DNA of 59,036 nt from NCBI GenBank assembly GCA_036351675.1, contig JAZBPO010000255.1, forward strand, positions 1 to 59,036, read 5' to 3'. A model generated the notes under the pieces. It did not search any database. It was not told the DNA's origin and saw nothing but the letters and a program-made list of their open reading frames with translations. Origin of the DNA: Pseudomonadales bacterium. Its GTDB lineage: Bacteria; Pseudomonadota; Gammaproteobacteria; Pseudomonadales; Azotimanducaceae. The position numbers were made by a program, and so were the translations under genes. How positions within the stretch are numbered: the stretch's first letter is position 1; each line of letters opens with the position of its first letter. This document shows positions 10,881-20,290 of the stretch, one piece after another.

Positions 10881-11714
10881 TCAGGCCGGCACTTCCTCGA
10901 CGATGTAGCCCCCGGACTTCTCGTCCGCCGTCAGCCGCAGGGCCCCGCGGGCCTGCGCCTCTTCCAGAAGGGCGCCGAAGTTCGCGAAGCCGAAGGCCTT
11001 CTCGTTGAAGCCGGGGCGGCGGCGCTTCAGGGACTGCTTGACCATCGAGCCCCAGACCTTCTCGCCATCGTCGCGGGCGTCCAGGAGCGCCGTCGCGATC
11101 TCCAGCACCCATTCGATGGCCTTGTCCTCTTTCTTCGCCTCTTCGCTCTGCTCCGTTCCCGCAGTCTCGGCCTTCGCGGTCTTGCTGCGACCGCCGCGGC
11201 GCTTGCGCCTCGCGGGTCGTTCCTTCTCGAGTACGAGATCGTCGTAGAAGATGAACTCGTCGCAGATGTGCGTGAGCAGGTCGGAGGTGGACGTGCGCAC
11301 GCCGACGCCGATGACCTTGCGGTCGTTCTCGCGCAGCTTGCTCACGAGGGGCGAGAAGTCCGAGTCGCCGGATATGACGACGAAGGTGTCGAGGTGCGGC
11401 TTCGTGTAGCAGAGGTCGAGGGCGTCCACGACCATGCGGATGTCCGCCGAGTTCTTGCCGGAAATGCGCACGTGCGGGATCTCGATGAGCTCGAAGGAGG
11501 CCTCGTGCATGGCCTTCTTGTAGTCCTTGTAGCGATCCCAGTCGCAGTAGGCCTTGCGCACCACGAGGTTGCCGCGGAGCAGGAGTCGGTCGAGGACGGG
11601 GGCGATGTCGAACTTCGCGTACTTCGCGTCACGCGCGCCGAGGGCGATGTTCTCGAAGTCGCAGAACACCGCCATGCTGATCGTCTGATGGTCCATCGGT
11701 CTGTTGGTTTCCAC
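10881..11714 (-). CDS. NYN (LabA-like) ribonuclease domain protein with C-terminal OST-HTH/LOTUS domain
   Basis: MAVFCDFENI ... KNSADIRMVVDALD ... FVVISGDSDFSPLVSKLRE, a basic/acidic linker, then a C-terminal helical LOTUS-like region. The start is GTG 11714 or ATG 11696. Confidence 0.85.
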   Translation of the reverse strand: METNRPMDHQTISMAVFCDFENIALGARDAKYAKFDIAPVLDRLLLRGNLVVRKAYCDWDRYKDYKKAMHEASFELIEIPHVRISGKNSADIRMVVDALDLCYTKPHLDTFVVISGDSDFSPLVSKLRENDRKVIGVGVRTSTSDLLTHICDEFIFYDDLVLEKERPARRKRRGGRSKTAKAETAGTEQSEEAKKEDKAIEWVLEIATALLDARDDGEKVWGSMVKQSLKRRRPGFNEKAFGFANFGALLEEAQARGALRLTADEKSGGYIVEEVPA

Positions 11715-11944
11715 TTCGGGAGGTGACTCTGGGGCTCATCGTACGTCACCGCCGCGCAAATGCGTGTCGGCATCGCCGCTCGCGAGATCGATCGGCTGCC
11801 GCCCGGCGTTCGCCATGGCGTGCGCGGATCGCGGCGTCGTCGTGGGGCGCGTCCCGACGATCGAGTGTCCGATGGGGAGCGATCGCTCCTACGCGAGAGG
11901 CGCGCCTATACTGCGTCGGACGATCGGTCGTCGGGGGAGCGCAC

Positions 11945-13465
11945 TTGGGGCAGGGGATCACGGGGACGGCGCGCCTGCCTGCTGCCTATCGCGGCTCGGA
12001 GCCCTACGTCTTCGTCTGCTATTCCCACCACGACAGTGATGCGGTCCATGCGGATCTGGCGCGGCTTCGCGGCATCGGCCTTCGCATCTGGTACGACGAG
12101 GGCATCAGCCCGGGTTCCGAGTGGAGCGAGGAGCTCGCGCAGGCCCTCGAGGGTGCCGAGCTGGTCCTGTTCTATGCGACGGAGCGATCCGCGAACTCGC
12201 GGCACTGCCGCGACGAGATCAACTTCGCGCACAACCACGACAAGTCGATCCTGCCCATCTTCCTCGAGGACGTGAGTCTGCCGAAAGGGCTCGAACTCTC
12301 GCTCAGCTCGACGCAGGCGGTCCTCCGCTTCCGGCTCGACGAAGACCACTACCTCGAGAAGCTGCGCTCCGTGTTGCCGGTCGCGACGATCGGGGAATCC
12401 GCCTCGACGCGCTCCGACGCGCACGCGCCTGTTTCCCCCGCGCTCGAGACGCGGCAGGCGACGGGGCCCCGTCGTCCCGTGGGACTCGCCGTCGCGATCC
12501 TGGCGATCGCAGCCCTCGCCGCCGTGCTGCTCGACCGAGACGCGCTCATCGCCCGATGGGTCATGTTCCGGGCGGATCATCTCGGCAGTCCCATGGAGCA
12601 GCAGGTGGGCTTCGGCGTCGCCGCTGACGGGACGCGCATCGCCTATGCCGTCACGGGGGAGGGGCCGCCGATCCTCATCGTGCTCGGCTGGGCGACGCAT
12701 CTCGAGACCGGCTTCAACAGCCCGACCTACGACGGTCTCGGCGTGCTCGCGCTCACGTCGGAGCATCATCGGGTGATCCGCTATGACGGGCGCGGCTTCG
12801 GTCTGTCCGATCGGGACATCGACGACTTCTCGCTGGAGGCCCGCGTCAGTGACATCGAGGCCGTGGTCGCGGCGGCAGGTCTCGACCGTTTCGCCCTCTA
12901 CGCGCTTTCCGCCGGCGGGCCGGCGGGTATCGCCTATGCGCACAGGCACCCGGAGAAGGTCGTGAGCCTGACGCTCGCGAGCTCCAGCGCCGCACCTTCG
13001 GAGATCGAGCGCACGGACCTCGAAGCCTTCCTGGGCACGCTCGACGTCGTGGAGGCCGGCTATGATCGTTCCGAGAGTTCGGTGAATCTGTTCACCGAAG
13101 TGCTGTTTCCGGACGCCGACGGTCCGACGCGGGAAATCTTCCGCGAGTTCCTGAGGCGATCCGCCCGCGGCACGGATCTGGTCGGCTTCTTCCGGGGCTA
13201 CATGGAAGAGAACGTCAACGATCTCGCCGAGACCCTGACGGTGCCGACCTACGTCATCCACGGTCAGGACGACCGCACCATCCCGCTCGAGCGCGGACGC
13301 AGGATGGCGTCGCTGATCCCCGGGGCGCGCTTCGAGATCGTTCCCGGCGGCCACCCGGAAGGTACGGGCCAGACGCCCGAGACGCGGCGCAAGATCATCG
13401 ACTTCATCGACGAGATCTACGCGCGGGAGCGCGCGGAACCGTCTGGCCTGCCCGAGGCGGAGTGA
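11945..13465 (+). CDS. TIR domain - single transmembrane helix - alpha/beta-hydrolase fusion protein
   Basis: ORF 11723..13465. The likely start is TTG 11945, preceded by GGGGGAG. The TIR_2-like region reads YVFVCYSHHD...WYDEGISPGSEW...SRHCRDEINFA...ILPIFLED. The TM helix is GLAVAILAIAALAAVLL. The hydrolase region has ILIVLGW, YDGRGFGLSD, YALSAGG, HGQDD and GGH. Confidence 0.8.
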   Translation: MGQGITGTARLPAAYRGSEPYVFVCYSHHDSDAVHADLARLRGIGLRIWYDEGISPGSEWSEELAQALEGAELVLFYATERSANSRHCRDEINFAHNHDKSILPIFLEDVSLPKGLELSLSSTQAVLRFRLDEDHYLEKLRSVLPVATIGESASTRSDAHAPVSPALETRQATGPRRPVGLAVAILAIAALAAVLLDRDALIARWVMFRADHLGSPMEQQVGFGVAADGTRIAYAVTGEGPPILIVLGWATHLETGFNSPTYDGLGVLALTSEHHRVIRYDGRGFGLSDRDIDDFSLEARVSDIEAVVAAAGLDRFALYALSAGGPAGIAYAHRHPEKVVSLTLASSSAAPSEIERTDLEAFLGTLDVVEAGYDRSESSVNLFTEVLFPDADGPTREIFREFLRRSARGTDLVGFFRGYMEENVNDLAETLTVPTYVIHGQDDRTIPLERGRRMASLIPGARFEIVPGGHPEGTGQTPETRRKIIDFIDEIYARERAEPSGLPEAE

Positions 13466-13477
13466 GCTGCGGGAGAA

Positions 13478-15712
13478 GTGATGCCGATCGGAAACATCGT
13501 CGCGCGCTCTGCGCGCACCTTCGTGCGCGACGCCCTCACCAGCGGCTTCGCGGTCCTGTCGGCGCTGATCTCCACGGCGCTCGGCGCTGAGCCGGACCCG
13601 GAGCTTTCCCTGGAGGCGCTGCTCGAGCGGCCGGGCATCTTCGGCACCGCGCCTGCGGGTCCTGCGTGGTCGCCCGACGGTGCGCAGCTCGCGTTCCGCT
13701 GGGCCGAGCCCGGCGAGGGCCGGCGCGGCCTGTGGCTGGTGGCTGCCAGCGGCGAGAATCTCCGGCGCATCGACCAGGGCGCGGCGAACGCGCCAGCAGT
13801 CCGGGAGATCGCCTGGTCCGCCGACGGCGGGCACCTGCTCTCGCTGCGCGGGGATCAGCTGTGGCAGAGCGATCCGGCCGGTGGCGGAGAAGCGGCGATG
13901 TACACGGTCGGTGCCGGAGCCGGGGACCTGAAGGTCTCGCCCGATGGCCGCTACGTGAGCTACCTGCGCGATGGTGACCTGTGGCTCTTCGATCTGCGGA
14001 CGCAGCGCGAACGGGCGCTCACCGCTGTCGGGCTGCCACCCCTGTCGGAGCCGCCCACGGGGCGCTACAGCCGGCCGGAGCGCGAGATCGGTCCGGGCAT
14101 CTGGGGCGGCCCGACCTACGCCTGGTCGCCGGACGGTGCGCGGATCGCGCTTCACCACGTGGATCGCCGTGGCATGCGCCGGGTGCCGTTCCCGAACTAT
14201 CTCGCCGAGGAGACCGATCCGAATCCCGTCCGCCGCGGCTATCCGGGCGACCCCAACGAGGCGCGGCATGTCGGGCTCCTGGGCGTCGAGGATGGCGAGC
14301 TGACGCTGCTGGAACTCGACGAGCCCGAGTCGTTCCAGATCGTCGGCTTCGACTTCTCGAAGCGCGGCGACCTGCTCGTCGACACGGCGTCGGACACCGC
14401 CACCGATCGCCGCCTCTACACGCTCGCCGCCGGGAGCACCGTGCCGGAGCTGCTCTGGGAGAGCCGACGCGAGACGCGCATCTACACCAGCTTCGCCGCG
14501 CGCTGGGTTGCCGCGGGCGATGCGGTCGTCTTGCTCAGCGACCACGAGGACCGCTACGGCCTCTATCGCCTGGCCGTGGATCAGGACGGTGCCGGCACGC
14601 TGCGCCGTCTCGACGATCCTGCCGACGACGTCCTGAGCGAACCGAAGTTCGCCGGCGACGCGCTGTACTTCGAGGCCAATGCCGAGAGTCCGGCGGACCG
14701 TCACGTGTTCCGCCTCGACCCCGGCGCGGCGGTCGCCGAGCAGTTGACGCGCACGCCCGGGCAGAACGTCGCCTTCCCGGCGCCGCGCGGCGGCGCCGTC
14801 GCCATCCTCCACGAGGACGATCGCCATCCGCGCGAGCTCTTCATGCTGTCGGCCGGTGACGCCACGCCACGACGGGTCACCCACTCGCCTGCGGCGGACT
14901 TCGACGACTTCCCGCTCGCCGAGGTCCGCTACCTGCAGACGCCGGCCGGCGGAAGCGGGCCGCCGCTGCACGTGCGTCTCATGCTTCCTGCGGACTTCGA
15001 TGCGGACCGGCGCTACCCGGTGCTCTTCGGCCCGATGTACTCGAACACGGTCCGCAACCGCTGGGGTTCTTCCTACGCCCTGGTGCAGCAGCTCATGACG
15101 CAGCGCGGCTATCTGGTGGTGCAGGTCGACGTGCCCGGCAGCACGGGCTACGGCCGTGCCTTCCGCGAAGTCTTCCTGAACGATTTCGCCGGTGGCGACA
15201 TCGAGGCCATCGAGCGCGTCGTGGCGTATCTGAAGACGCTGCCCTACGTGGACGGTGACCGGCTGGGTATCTGGGGCAGCAGCTACGGCGGCACGCTCAC
15301 GGTCTACACGCTGCTGAAGAAGCCGGGCCTCTTCGCCGCCGGCGTGGCGGCCGCCGCGGCCGTCGATCCAGCGTTCTTCGGCACCGACGACGTCGCGATC
15401 GTGGGCCGGCCCGAGGACGGCACGGGCATCTTCGAGCGCAGGGCCGAGGATCTCGTCGACCGGCTCGAGGACGCACTGCTGCTCGTGCACGGCCTGCAGG
15501 ATCAGGTCGTCCCCTTCAAGACCGCGGCTGCTCTCACCGACGCCTTCATCCGCGCGGGCAAGGACGTGGAGACCGCCTTCCTGCCGGCTGCCACGCACGG
15601 CTGGAGCCGCGAGCCGGGCTACGCCCGCTACGGCTATCAGCGTCTGCTCGACTTCTTCGATCGGCATCTGCAGCCGGGTGAGGGCGACCCGGCGCCGTCT
15701 CGATCGCCGTGA
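13478..15712 (+). CDS. S9 family serine peptidase (DPP IV / prolyl oligopeptidase-like) with signal peptide
   Basis: It starts 12 nt after the TIR-hydrolase stop and GGGAGA precedes it. N-terminal beta-propeller-like WSPDG repeats are present. The C-terminal catalytic motifs are GIWGSSYGG, VHGLQDQVVP and ATHGW. Confidence 0.9.
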   Translation: MMPIGNIVARSARTFVRDALTSGFAVLSALISTALGAEPDPELSLEALLERPGIFGTAPAGPAWSPDGAQLAFRWAEPGEGRRGLWLVAASGENLRRIDQGAANAPAVREIAWSADGGHLLSLRGDQLWQSDPAGGGEAAMYTVGAGAGDLKVSPDGRYVSYLRDGDLWLFDLRTQRERALTAVGLPPLSEPPTGRYSRPEREIGPGIWGGPTYAWSPDGARIALHHVDRRGMRRVPFPNYLAEETDPNPVRRGYPGDPNEARHVGLLGVEDGELTLLELDEPESFQIVGFDFSKRGDLLVDTASDTATDRRLYTLAAGSTVPELLWESRRETRIYTSFAARWVAAGDAVVLLSDHEDRYGLYRLAVDQDGAGTLRRLDDPADDVLSEPKFAGDALYFEANAESPADRHVFRLDPGAAVAEQLTRTPGQNVAFPAPRGGAVAILHEDDRHPRELFMLSAGDATPRRVTHSPAADFDDFPLAEVRYLQTPAGGSGPPLHVRLMLPADFDADRRYPVLFGPMYSNTVRNRWGSSYALVQQLMTQRGYLVVQVDVPGSTGYGRAFREVFLNDFAGGDIEAIERVVAYLKTLPYVDGDRLGIWGSSYGGTLTVYTLLKKPGLFAAGVAAAAAVDPAFFGTDDVAIVGRPEDGTGIFERRAEDLVDRLEDALLLVHGLQDQVVPFKTAAALTDAFIRAGKDVETAFLPAATHGWSREPGYARYGYQRLLDFFDRHLQPGEGDPAPSRSP

Positions 15713-15974
15713 GCACCGCTTCCGCGGAGCGCGGCCACCTCAGCCGCCAATCGGGCCTCCGGGCCTGGCGGCGCCCGGCATCTGCTCCATGCTCGGCGCG
15801 TCTGTTTCCGAACGGCAGGTGCGGTTCGGCGGGAGAACCTCCTGCGCCCGGATGCGAACCGGAGCGAAGCGCTGAAACGCGCGTGTAGGAGATGTCGCAC
15901 AGCAGTGCGGGGCAGGCCCGGCTGCGCTGGAATCGTCGGCCGCAGAGCGCGGCGCTCGTCAGGGGAGAGGGATC

Positions 15975-16964
15975 GTGACCAAGATCTACTTCGGGACCAA
16001 CCGCAAGCCGAACCGCAAGTCGAACCCGACGGACTTCGGTGGCGAGTTCTCGGACATGGGGCTCGCGAACCTCCGCTTCGGCTCGGCGCAGGTGGACCTC
16101 GCCGGCGCTGCGCCCGCCATCGACCTGGACGTCTATCCCGAGGTCACGCCGAAGACCCGCGTGAAGCCGGACTTTCTCGGCGACGTGCAGCGGCGCATGG
16201 CGGACGAGGGCGCCGACGTGATCGTCTTCGTGCACGGCTTCAACGTCAGCTTCACGGAAGCGCTGGTCTCGGCAGCGCGCATGAAGGAAGCCTACACGGC
16301 CGCCGCGGGCCGCCCCTTCGAGGTGGTGGTCTTCTCCTGGCCGTCGAACGGCGAGGTCCTCCACTACCGCAGCGATCGCAAGGACGCGGAGGCGTCGGGC
16401 TATGCGCTGACCCGCGGCCTGGAGTTCCTGTTCCGGTTCCTCGCGCGCATGAACGAGGAGGAGGCCTGCGAGCAGCGTCTCCACCTCGTCTGTCACTCCA
16501 TGGGTAACTACGCCCTGCGCTGGGCGGTGCAGGCCATGAAGGAGGAGCGGCGTGTGCTGCCCCGGGTGTTCGAGGAGATCATCCTCGCGGCCGCGGACGA
16601 GGACGACGACTGCTTCGAGCACGACTTCAAGCTCGGTGACCTGCCCGCGCTCGGCCAGCGTGTCACCGTGCTCTTCAATCGCAACGACTGGGCGCTCGGT
16701 GTCAGCGATCTGGCGAAGGGGAACATGGACCGCCTCGGCGCGAGCGGCGCGCGCCGGCCTCGCATGGTGCATCACAAGATCTCGCTCGTGGACTGCACCG
16801 ACGTCGTCCGGGGCAGGCTCCGGCGCGACCCCATCGAGCACGGCTACTTCCTCGACCAGCAGACCGTGGTCGGCGACATCGGCGACGTGCTGCGGGGCCT
16901 CGCCTCGGACCAGATCGGTGGTCGACGCTTCATCGCCGAGAAGAACGTCTATCGTCTCGGCTGA
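15975..16964 (+). CDS. DUF900-family alpha/beta hydrolase
   Basis: GTG start after AGGGGAGAGGG. Motifs are IYFGTNR, VIVFVHGFNVSF, FSWPSNG and the nucleophile elbow CHSMGN. Confidence 0.8.
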   Translation: MTKIYFGTNRKPNRKSNPTDFGGEFSDMGLANLRFGSAQVDLAGAAPAIDLDVYPEVTPKTRVKPDFLGDVQRRMADEGADVIVFVHGFNVSFTEALVSAARMKEAYTAAAGRPFEVVVFSWPSNGEVLHYRSDRKDAEASGYALTRGLEFLFRFLARMNEEEACEQRLHLVCHSMGNYALRWAVQAMKEERRVLPRVFEEIILAAADEDDDCFEHDFKLGDLPALGQRVTVLFNRNDWALGVSDLAKGNMDRLGASGARRPRMVHHKISLVDCTDVVRGRLRRDPIEHGYFLDQQTVVGDIGDVLRGLASDQIGGRRFIAEKNVYRLG

Positions 16965-17403
16965 GGCGCATAGGCGCTGGTCGCGTTGCATCGCGGCCGG
17001 CGCCCCGGCCTCTGTCCGCAAGCGACTGCCTGAGTCCCGCTGGATCCCCGGCACGTCGCGCGCTGGCGCAGCGCAGCCGCGCAGGCCGAGCGCCGTCCCG
17101 GGCGGCGACCCACTGAACGTCCTTCGGGTGATTTCCCTCGCGACGACGCTCAGGGCATCAGGGGCGCCCGAGGGCGTCTCCGGCACGGGCCGAAGCGCTC
17201 TGCCGCGCGGAAGGGGAGGGTGATCACCCACAGGGGAGCCATAGCTGACGGTCTGGAACAGCCGCGCAGGGGAGCGCCCCGGTCACGTCCGCCGAGCGCT
17301 GGGCCGTTGCTTCCTTTCACGGAGCCTCGCCTGGCGGGCTGATCCGGATCGGAAGATACTCGCCCACAGGACGCAGGATGATTGCCGAGGAGCCGTTCCG
17401 AGG

Positions 17404-17982
17404 GTGGGTGTCGAGCTGAACTGGGAGGCGATGGGAGCCGTTGGTGAGCTCCTCGGTTCGCTGCTCGTGCTGGTGACGCTCGTCTACCTGGCCATCCAGA
17501 CCCACAGCATCAAGAAGCAGATGAAGGCCGAAGCCCGCTACAACTTCGTCGCTTCGATGGCCGACATCAATCTCCACATCGCGCAGAACACGCAGACGGC
17601 TTCGGTGTGGCGCAAGGGCCTGGAAGACGTGGACTCCCTGTCGTCGGACGAGCGCATGCAGTTCCTCATGTACATGGGGCAGAGCTGCAACTTCTGGTCG
17701 GTGATGTACCGCCTGGAGCAGGACGGGACGCTTCCCGCGGACCAGTGGTCCATCGCGAAGACCGACATGGTGAGCCTGCTGGCCAGTAGCGGCGGGCTGT
17801 TCTTCTGGAAGCACGGCGGCCGTGAAGCCTTCGACGACGAGTTCGCCGCCTTCGTGGATGGCGAGCTCGAGAGCCAGAAGCCGGCCTATGACATGGCTTC
17901 GATCTCGGCGGGAGTTCGTGAGTCGCGAAAGGAAGGCGCGGAGACCTCGGCGGCGACTGCGGAGCGACCGGGCGGCTCGTGA
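17404..17982 (+). CDS. Membrane-anchored hypothetical protein
   Basis: N-terminal hydrophobic helix (ELLGSLLVLVTLVYLAIQ) followed by a helical soluble region. GC3 is high. I recognise no domain. The start is GTG 17404 or ATG 17431. Confidence 0.6.
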   Translation: MGVELNWEAMGAVGELLGSLLVLVTLVYLAIQTHSIKKQMKAEARYNFVASMADINLHIAQNTQTASVWRKGLEDVDSLSSDERMQFLMYMGQSCNFWSVMYRLEQDGTLPADQWSIAKTDMVSLLASSGGLFFWKHGGREAFDDEFAAFVDGELESQKPAYDMASISAGVRESRKEGAETSAATAERPGGS

Positions 17983-18367
17983 CAGGCGCCCGGTACTCGA
18001 ACCAGGATTCCGGCGGGCGCCCTCGACTGCATCTCGACCCTGACCTCGATCGTCGCCGGCCCGGGCATGACCCCGCTGTTCTCCGGCGTCGGCCCTGTCG
18101 TTCGGCACGCCGACAGACTCCCCCCCATACTCGATCCACCAGCGCTGGATGGCCGGCCGCTTCGGCTTCACCGTGTTCCGCGTCTGCGCCATCGTCGCGC
18201 GGAACGGACGGTTCCGCGTGGTCTTCGCCGTCAGTGCGAGTACGTGGCTCGGGGTTCGGAGTTGCCTGTTCCACTCGACCATCGAGTGAGCGCCCGGCGC
18301 GTCCGACTCGGTGGGGTGCGCACGGAGTTCCTCGTGCCCTCCGGCGCCGCCAGGAGCGTTCCGCTCC

Positions 18368-19174
18368 CTAGATCGGGTCTCCGCCGAGCACGGCTGGGGT
18401 CTCGCAATAGGTCGTCAGGATGTATCGCTGGTGGCTGGCGATGCGCTCCGACAGCGCGTCCGCGATGGCCGGGATCTCGCCGTTCTTCGCGAAGAACTGC
18501 AGCATGCGCTGGTTCTGCTTCGTGATCGGCATGATCTCCGGGCCCGGGGGCGCCACGGCCATGCTCATGGTCGCCCAGTAGACGTCGATGGCCGTGATCG
18601 CCTCGCCGACGATGTAGGGCGAGCCCCGGTCCGCCTGGGCCGCGAGGCGCCTGTCGATCAGCCGCAGCACCTCCGCCATCTTGCCGGCGGCTGCGGTGCT
18701 CGCCTCTTCGCTGTAGCCGTACTTCCGGGCGAGGGGACCGTCGGAGAGGATTCTCATGTTCCAGACCAGGCCGTCCTCGCCGAGCACCACCTCGCAGAGG
18801 CCCATGACCTCGACGCGCGCCTCGTAGTCCCTCGGAATCAGTTCCGGGCTGCCCGGTGCGCCGATCCGCTCCGCGAGTCCCAGCTGCTCGATCCAGACGT
18901 TCCGCGGTCGTTCCTCGTCATGGAACATGGTCGGCAGACTGGTCTGACGCGTGAGCTCGTAGAGCCGGGCCTGTCGGTCCTCGCCGGTCTCCTTGTCTAC
19001 GCCCATCAACGGGTGCAGCGCGCGGATCAGCGGCACACCCTTGACGTGGCAGACGTTCTTGAGCGCCTCCGAGTACATGGCCGGGATGCCCGGGATGAAG
19101 GTCACCCGCGTACCCGTGGTCATGGCGGCGGCTTCTTCCAGCGAGATGAACTGCGGGGTGTCGGATCGGGCCAT
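18368..19174 (-). CDS. Glutathione S-transferase-like protein (weak assignment)
   Basis: 268-aa ORF with AGGAA 6 nt upstream of the ATG. The C-terminal half looks GST-like (GEAITAIDVYWATM). The functional call is tentative. Confidence 0.55.
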   Translation of the reverse strand: MARSDTPQFISLEEAAAMTTGTRVTFIPGIPAMYSEALKNVCHVKGVPLIRALHPLMGVDKETGEDRQARLYELTRQTSLPTMFHDEERPRNVWIEQLGLAERIGAPGSPELIPRDYEARVEVMGLCEVVLGEDGLVWNMRILSDGPLARKYGYSEEASTAAAGKMAEVLRLIDRRLAAQADRGSPYIVGEAITAIDVYWATMSMAVAPPGPEIMPITKQNQRMLQFFAKNGEIPAIADALSERIASHQRYILTTYCETPAVLGGDPI

Positions 19175-19570
19175 CGGGATTCCTGAAGGGTCGTGGGGGC
19201 GTGTTGCGCCGGACGCTCAGGATGTCATGCGCAGGCTGTGCCCGGAATGGTGTCGACGCTTCCGCGGACAGCAGGCCCGTATCCTCCAGTGAATCGGTTG
19301 CTCCTTGCGGTACGCGTGACGGGTGCCCGGGCGGCTTGCGTCCTGGCGCCAGGGCCAGGTCGGAGTTCGAGGGTTCGGTCCGCTGAAGAACGGGAAGCGG
19401 CCCGCGATCATGACCGTGTAAGTGCCGAAGAGATGCGGTGATCGGGCGTGAAGTGCGCGCGTGGCGGGCGCGGTCGACGGATCCGTGCGAGGGGATGCCC
19501 GGAAACCGACGCCGGCTGACGGGCGCTCGAGCAGGGAGTGGAAAGGGTCGAGCGAGGGGGGGCGTTCCGG

Positions 19571-19597
19571 ATCGCGGCGACGAGATGCCGCCGCGAT
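19571..19597 (-). terminator. GC-rich hairpin downstream of the cold-shock gene (candidate terminator without a clear U-tract)
   Basis: ATCGCGGCG (19571-19579) pairs perfectly with CGCCGCGAT (19589-19597) around a 9-nt loop. It lies about 20 nt past the csp stop. Confidence 0.35.
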
Positions 19598-19617
19598 CGT
19601 CGTTCAGCGTTCGCGGA

Positions 19618-19824
19618 TCAGATCGCGACGACGCCTTCGGCTGCCGGGCCCTTCTGGCCCTGCACCACGTCGAACTCGACGGCGGCGCCTTCGGCCAGGG
19701 TCTTGAAGCCCTCTGCCCTGATGCCGCTGTGATGGACGAACAGGTCCTTGCTGCCGTCCTGCGGCGTGATGAACCCGAAGCCCTTCTGATCGTTGAACCA
19801 CTTCACGGTGCCATTGCTGCGCAT
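19618..19824 (-). CDS. Cold-shock protein (CspA family)
   Basis: [35 protein letters not shown] carries the RNP1 (KGFGFI) and RNP2 (LFVHH) motifs. The product is 68 aa. It uses an internal ATG of ORF 19618..20004. Confidence 0.95.
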   Translation of the reverse strand: MRSNGTVKWFNDQKGFGFITPQDGSKDLFVHHSGIRAEGFKTLAEGAAVEFDVVQGQKGPAAEGVVAI

Positions 19825-20290
19825 GTGTGCGCTCCTGATGTCGAGCAGGGATGCTGTGTACTTCCGTACGATGCAACGCTGACTCTGCGCGGAAACCGCC
19901 GCGCGGCGTACGGTCTTGCGACCTCCGGAAACGAGAAGGGGCGGCGCCTCCTGTATCGAGACCACCGCCCCCATGCTGGATTCCGTCGTGACTCTGATGG
20001 CCACGGACTCACCGTCCTCTCATGGAGTGGCCGCGTCAAGCGCTTTCTCGTCTTTCTTGCCAACAGTTCCAGGGTGGCGCGACGAAGCGGTGGCGTTCCC
20101 GCCATCGCCGACGCGATGGTCGGCGCCTCCGTCCGCCATCAGGTGGCCGCGCGCAGGGGCGCGCGGAAAGCACTCGTCGCGACGCCCTGCGCGCATCGGC
20201 TCGGTAGCGGCCCGGGTCGCATGGCGCGCAGTGCGTGGTACCGTCGCGAGATCCTTGCAGTGCGCACGATCGGAGGAATCGACCTTGTTC

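Noticed and set aside
11906-15667. 1253-aa ORF on the minus strand.
   Set aside because: It is antisense to two well-supported plus-strand genes (the TIR-hydrolase fusion and the S9 peptidase). The translation is an Arg/Ala/Gly/Pro-rich low-complexity string with no motifs. This is the typical shadow ORF of GC-rich DNA.
17317-18282. Minus-strand ORF whose first ~100 codons (17983-18282) lie in an intergenic gap and have GC-rich third positions. AIQRWWIEYGG is faintly reminiscent of IS3 OrfA ...W..KYGG.
   Set aside because: I could align no HTH or transposase motif. The rest of the ORF is antisense to the better-supported gene 17404..17982. A decayed gene fragment is possible but unsupported, and BLASTX of 17983-18367 would settle it.
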